Shown here piece by piece: positions 63,338-64,000 of a stretch of 64,000 nucleotides of DNA. A program made the translations under genes and the position numbers. Location of the stretch: NCBI RefSeq assembly GCF_000189555.1, contig NC_017276.1; one strand, given 5' to 3'. The stretch is from Saccharolobus islandicus REY15A (GTDB taxonomy: Archaea; Thermoproteota; Thermoprotei_A; Sulfolobales; Sulfolobaceae). The notes under the pieces are model-generated. The model made no database searches. It was not told the origin of the DNA and worked only from the letters and a program-made list of their open reading frames with translations. Each line of letters begins with the position of its first letter. The first letter of the stretch is position 1.

Positions 63338-63360
63338 TTCCTTTTTTCTTTTTTCCCTTT
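63338..63360 (+). terminator. Pyrimidine/T-tract terminator
   Basis: TTCCTTTTTTCTTTTTTCCCTTT just after the SBP stop. Confidence 0.6.
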
Positions 63361-63422
63361 CCACGTTATTCTGTGAGAATAAATATATTAGTACCTTCAA
63401 ACTTTATTTAAATGGACATGGT

Positions 63423-64000
63423 ATGTCCATAAATACTGTCTTCTTTATTATAAGAAGGATCATTAATGCTTTCATTACCTTACTATTACTAATTATATTA
63501 GTTTTTATTATGATACATATCATAGCACCAAATCCTTTAGCCTTGGCAAGGCTATATACTGGACCACATGCAACTTATACAGAGTTAGAACAAGTAGCGA
63601 AACAATACGGACTAGATCAGCCTCTTTATATCCAAATAATTAACTACATAATTAATGTATTGCATGGAAATTTAGGTATAGATCCAACATATAAGGTACC
63701 AGTAGTAACGCTTATCGGTAAATATTTGCCAAGAACTCTAGAATTGGTAATACCAGCAACAATACTTTCCGTAGTTATTGGCTTATTCACTGGTGCTATA
63801 GCAGCATCAAACAGGAATAAACCACTGGATTATCTAGTCCGTGGCGTTTACTTAGTTACTTGGGCATCTCCGCCATTCTTAATCGCTGTTATATTGCAAT
63901 TAGTGATAGCGTATTATCTCAGATTATTACCTCCTACCGGTACTGTTAATCCCGTTCTTACTCCACCAAAGCCTATAACACCTTTTCCTTTGCTAAACGC
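63423..64000 (+). CDS. ABC permease (OppB/DppB-like), 3'-truncated by the window edge
   Basis: MSINTVFFIIRRII...YGLDQPLYIQ...GNLG...LPRTLEL. Confidence 0.88.
   Translation, partial: MSINTVFFIIRRIINAFITLLLLIILVFIMIHIIAPNPLALARLYTGPHATYTELEQVAKQYGLDQPLYIQIINYIINVLHGNLGIDPTYKVPVVTLIGKYLPRTLELVIPATILSVVIGLFTGAIAASNRNKPLDYLVRGVYLVTWASPPFLIAVILQLVIAYYLRLLPPTGTVNPVLTPPKPITPFPLLN

Overview
AT-rich archaeal chromosome segment. Gene content and leaderless, TATA-type promoters point to Sulfolobales (Saccharolobus islandicus/solfataricus-like). Most of the window looks like core genome: a type IV pilus-like ATPase/TadC pair, an M1 aminopeptidase, a GH116/NagA/ABC sugar-uptake cluster, a Rieske plus SoxABCD-type quinol oxidase cluster, a copRTA copper locus, a DUF3501/Fe-S/sulerythrin triad, a CutABC-type molybdo-hydroxylase, a SelD-like plus sulfur-relay cluster, a phenylacetate-CoA-type cluster with an orphan di-iron protein, and a peptide ABC transporter. 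The main structural finding is that 5034..11672 (6,639 bp) is one inserted unit. It has perfect 9-bp inverted termini (GAGTGTGGA...TCCACACTC), is flanked by a perfect 8-bp direct repeat (GTGCAACT at 5026-5033 and 11673-11680), and sits between two divergent promoters. Its cargo is a stand-alone QueC-like gene, an amber-interrupted Rieske ferredoxin, a secreted protein, two PaREP1 genes, a 210-bp MITE-like element and several dead IS copies. I saw no CRISPR array, rRNA or tRNA. All family names come from motif recognition and recall; no database searches were run.
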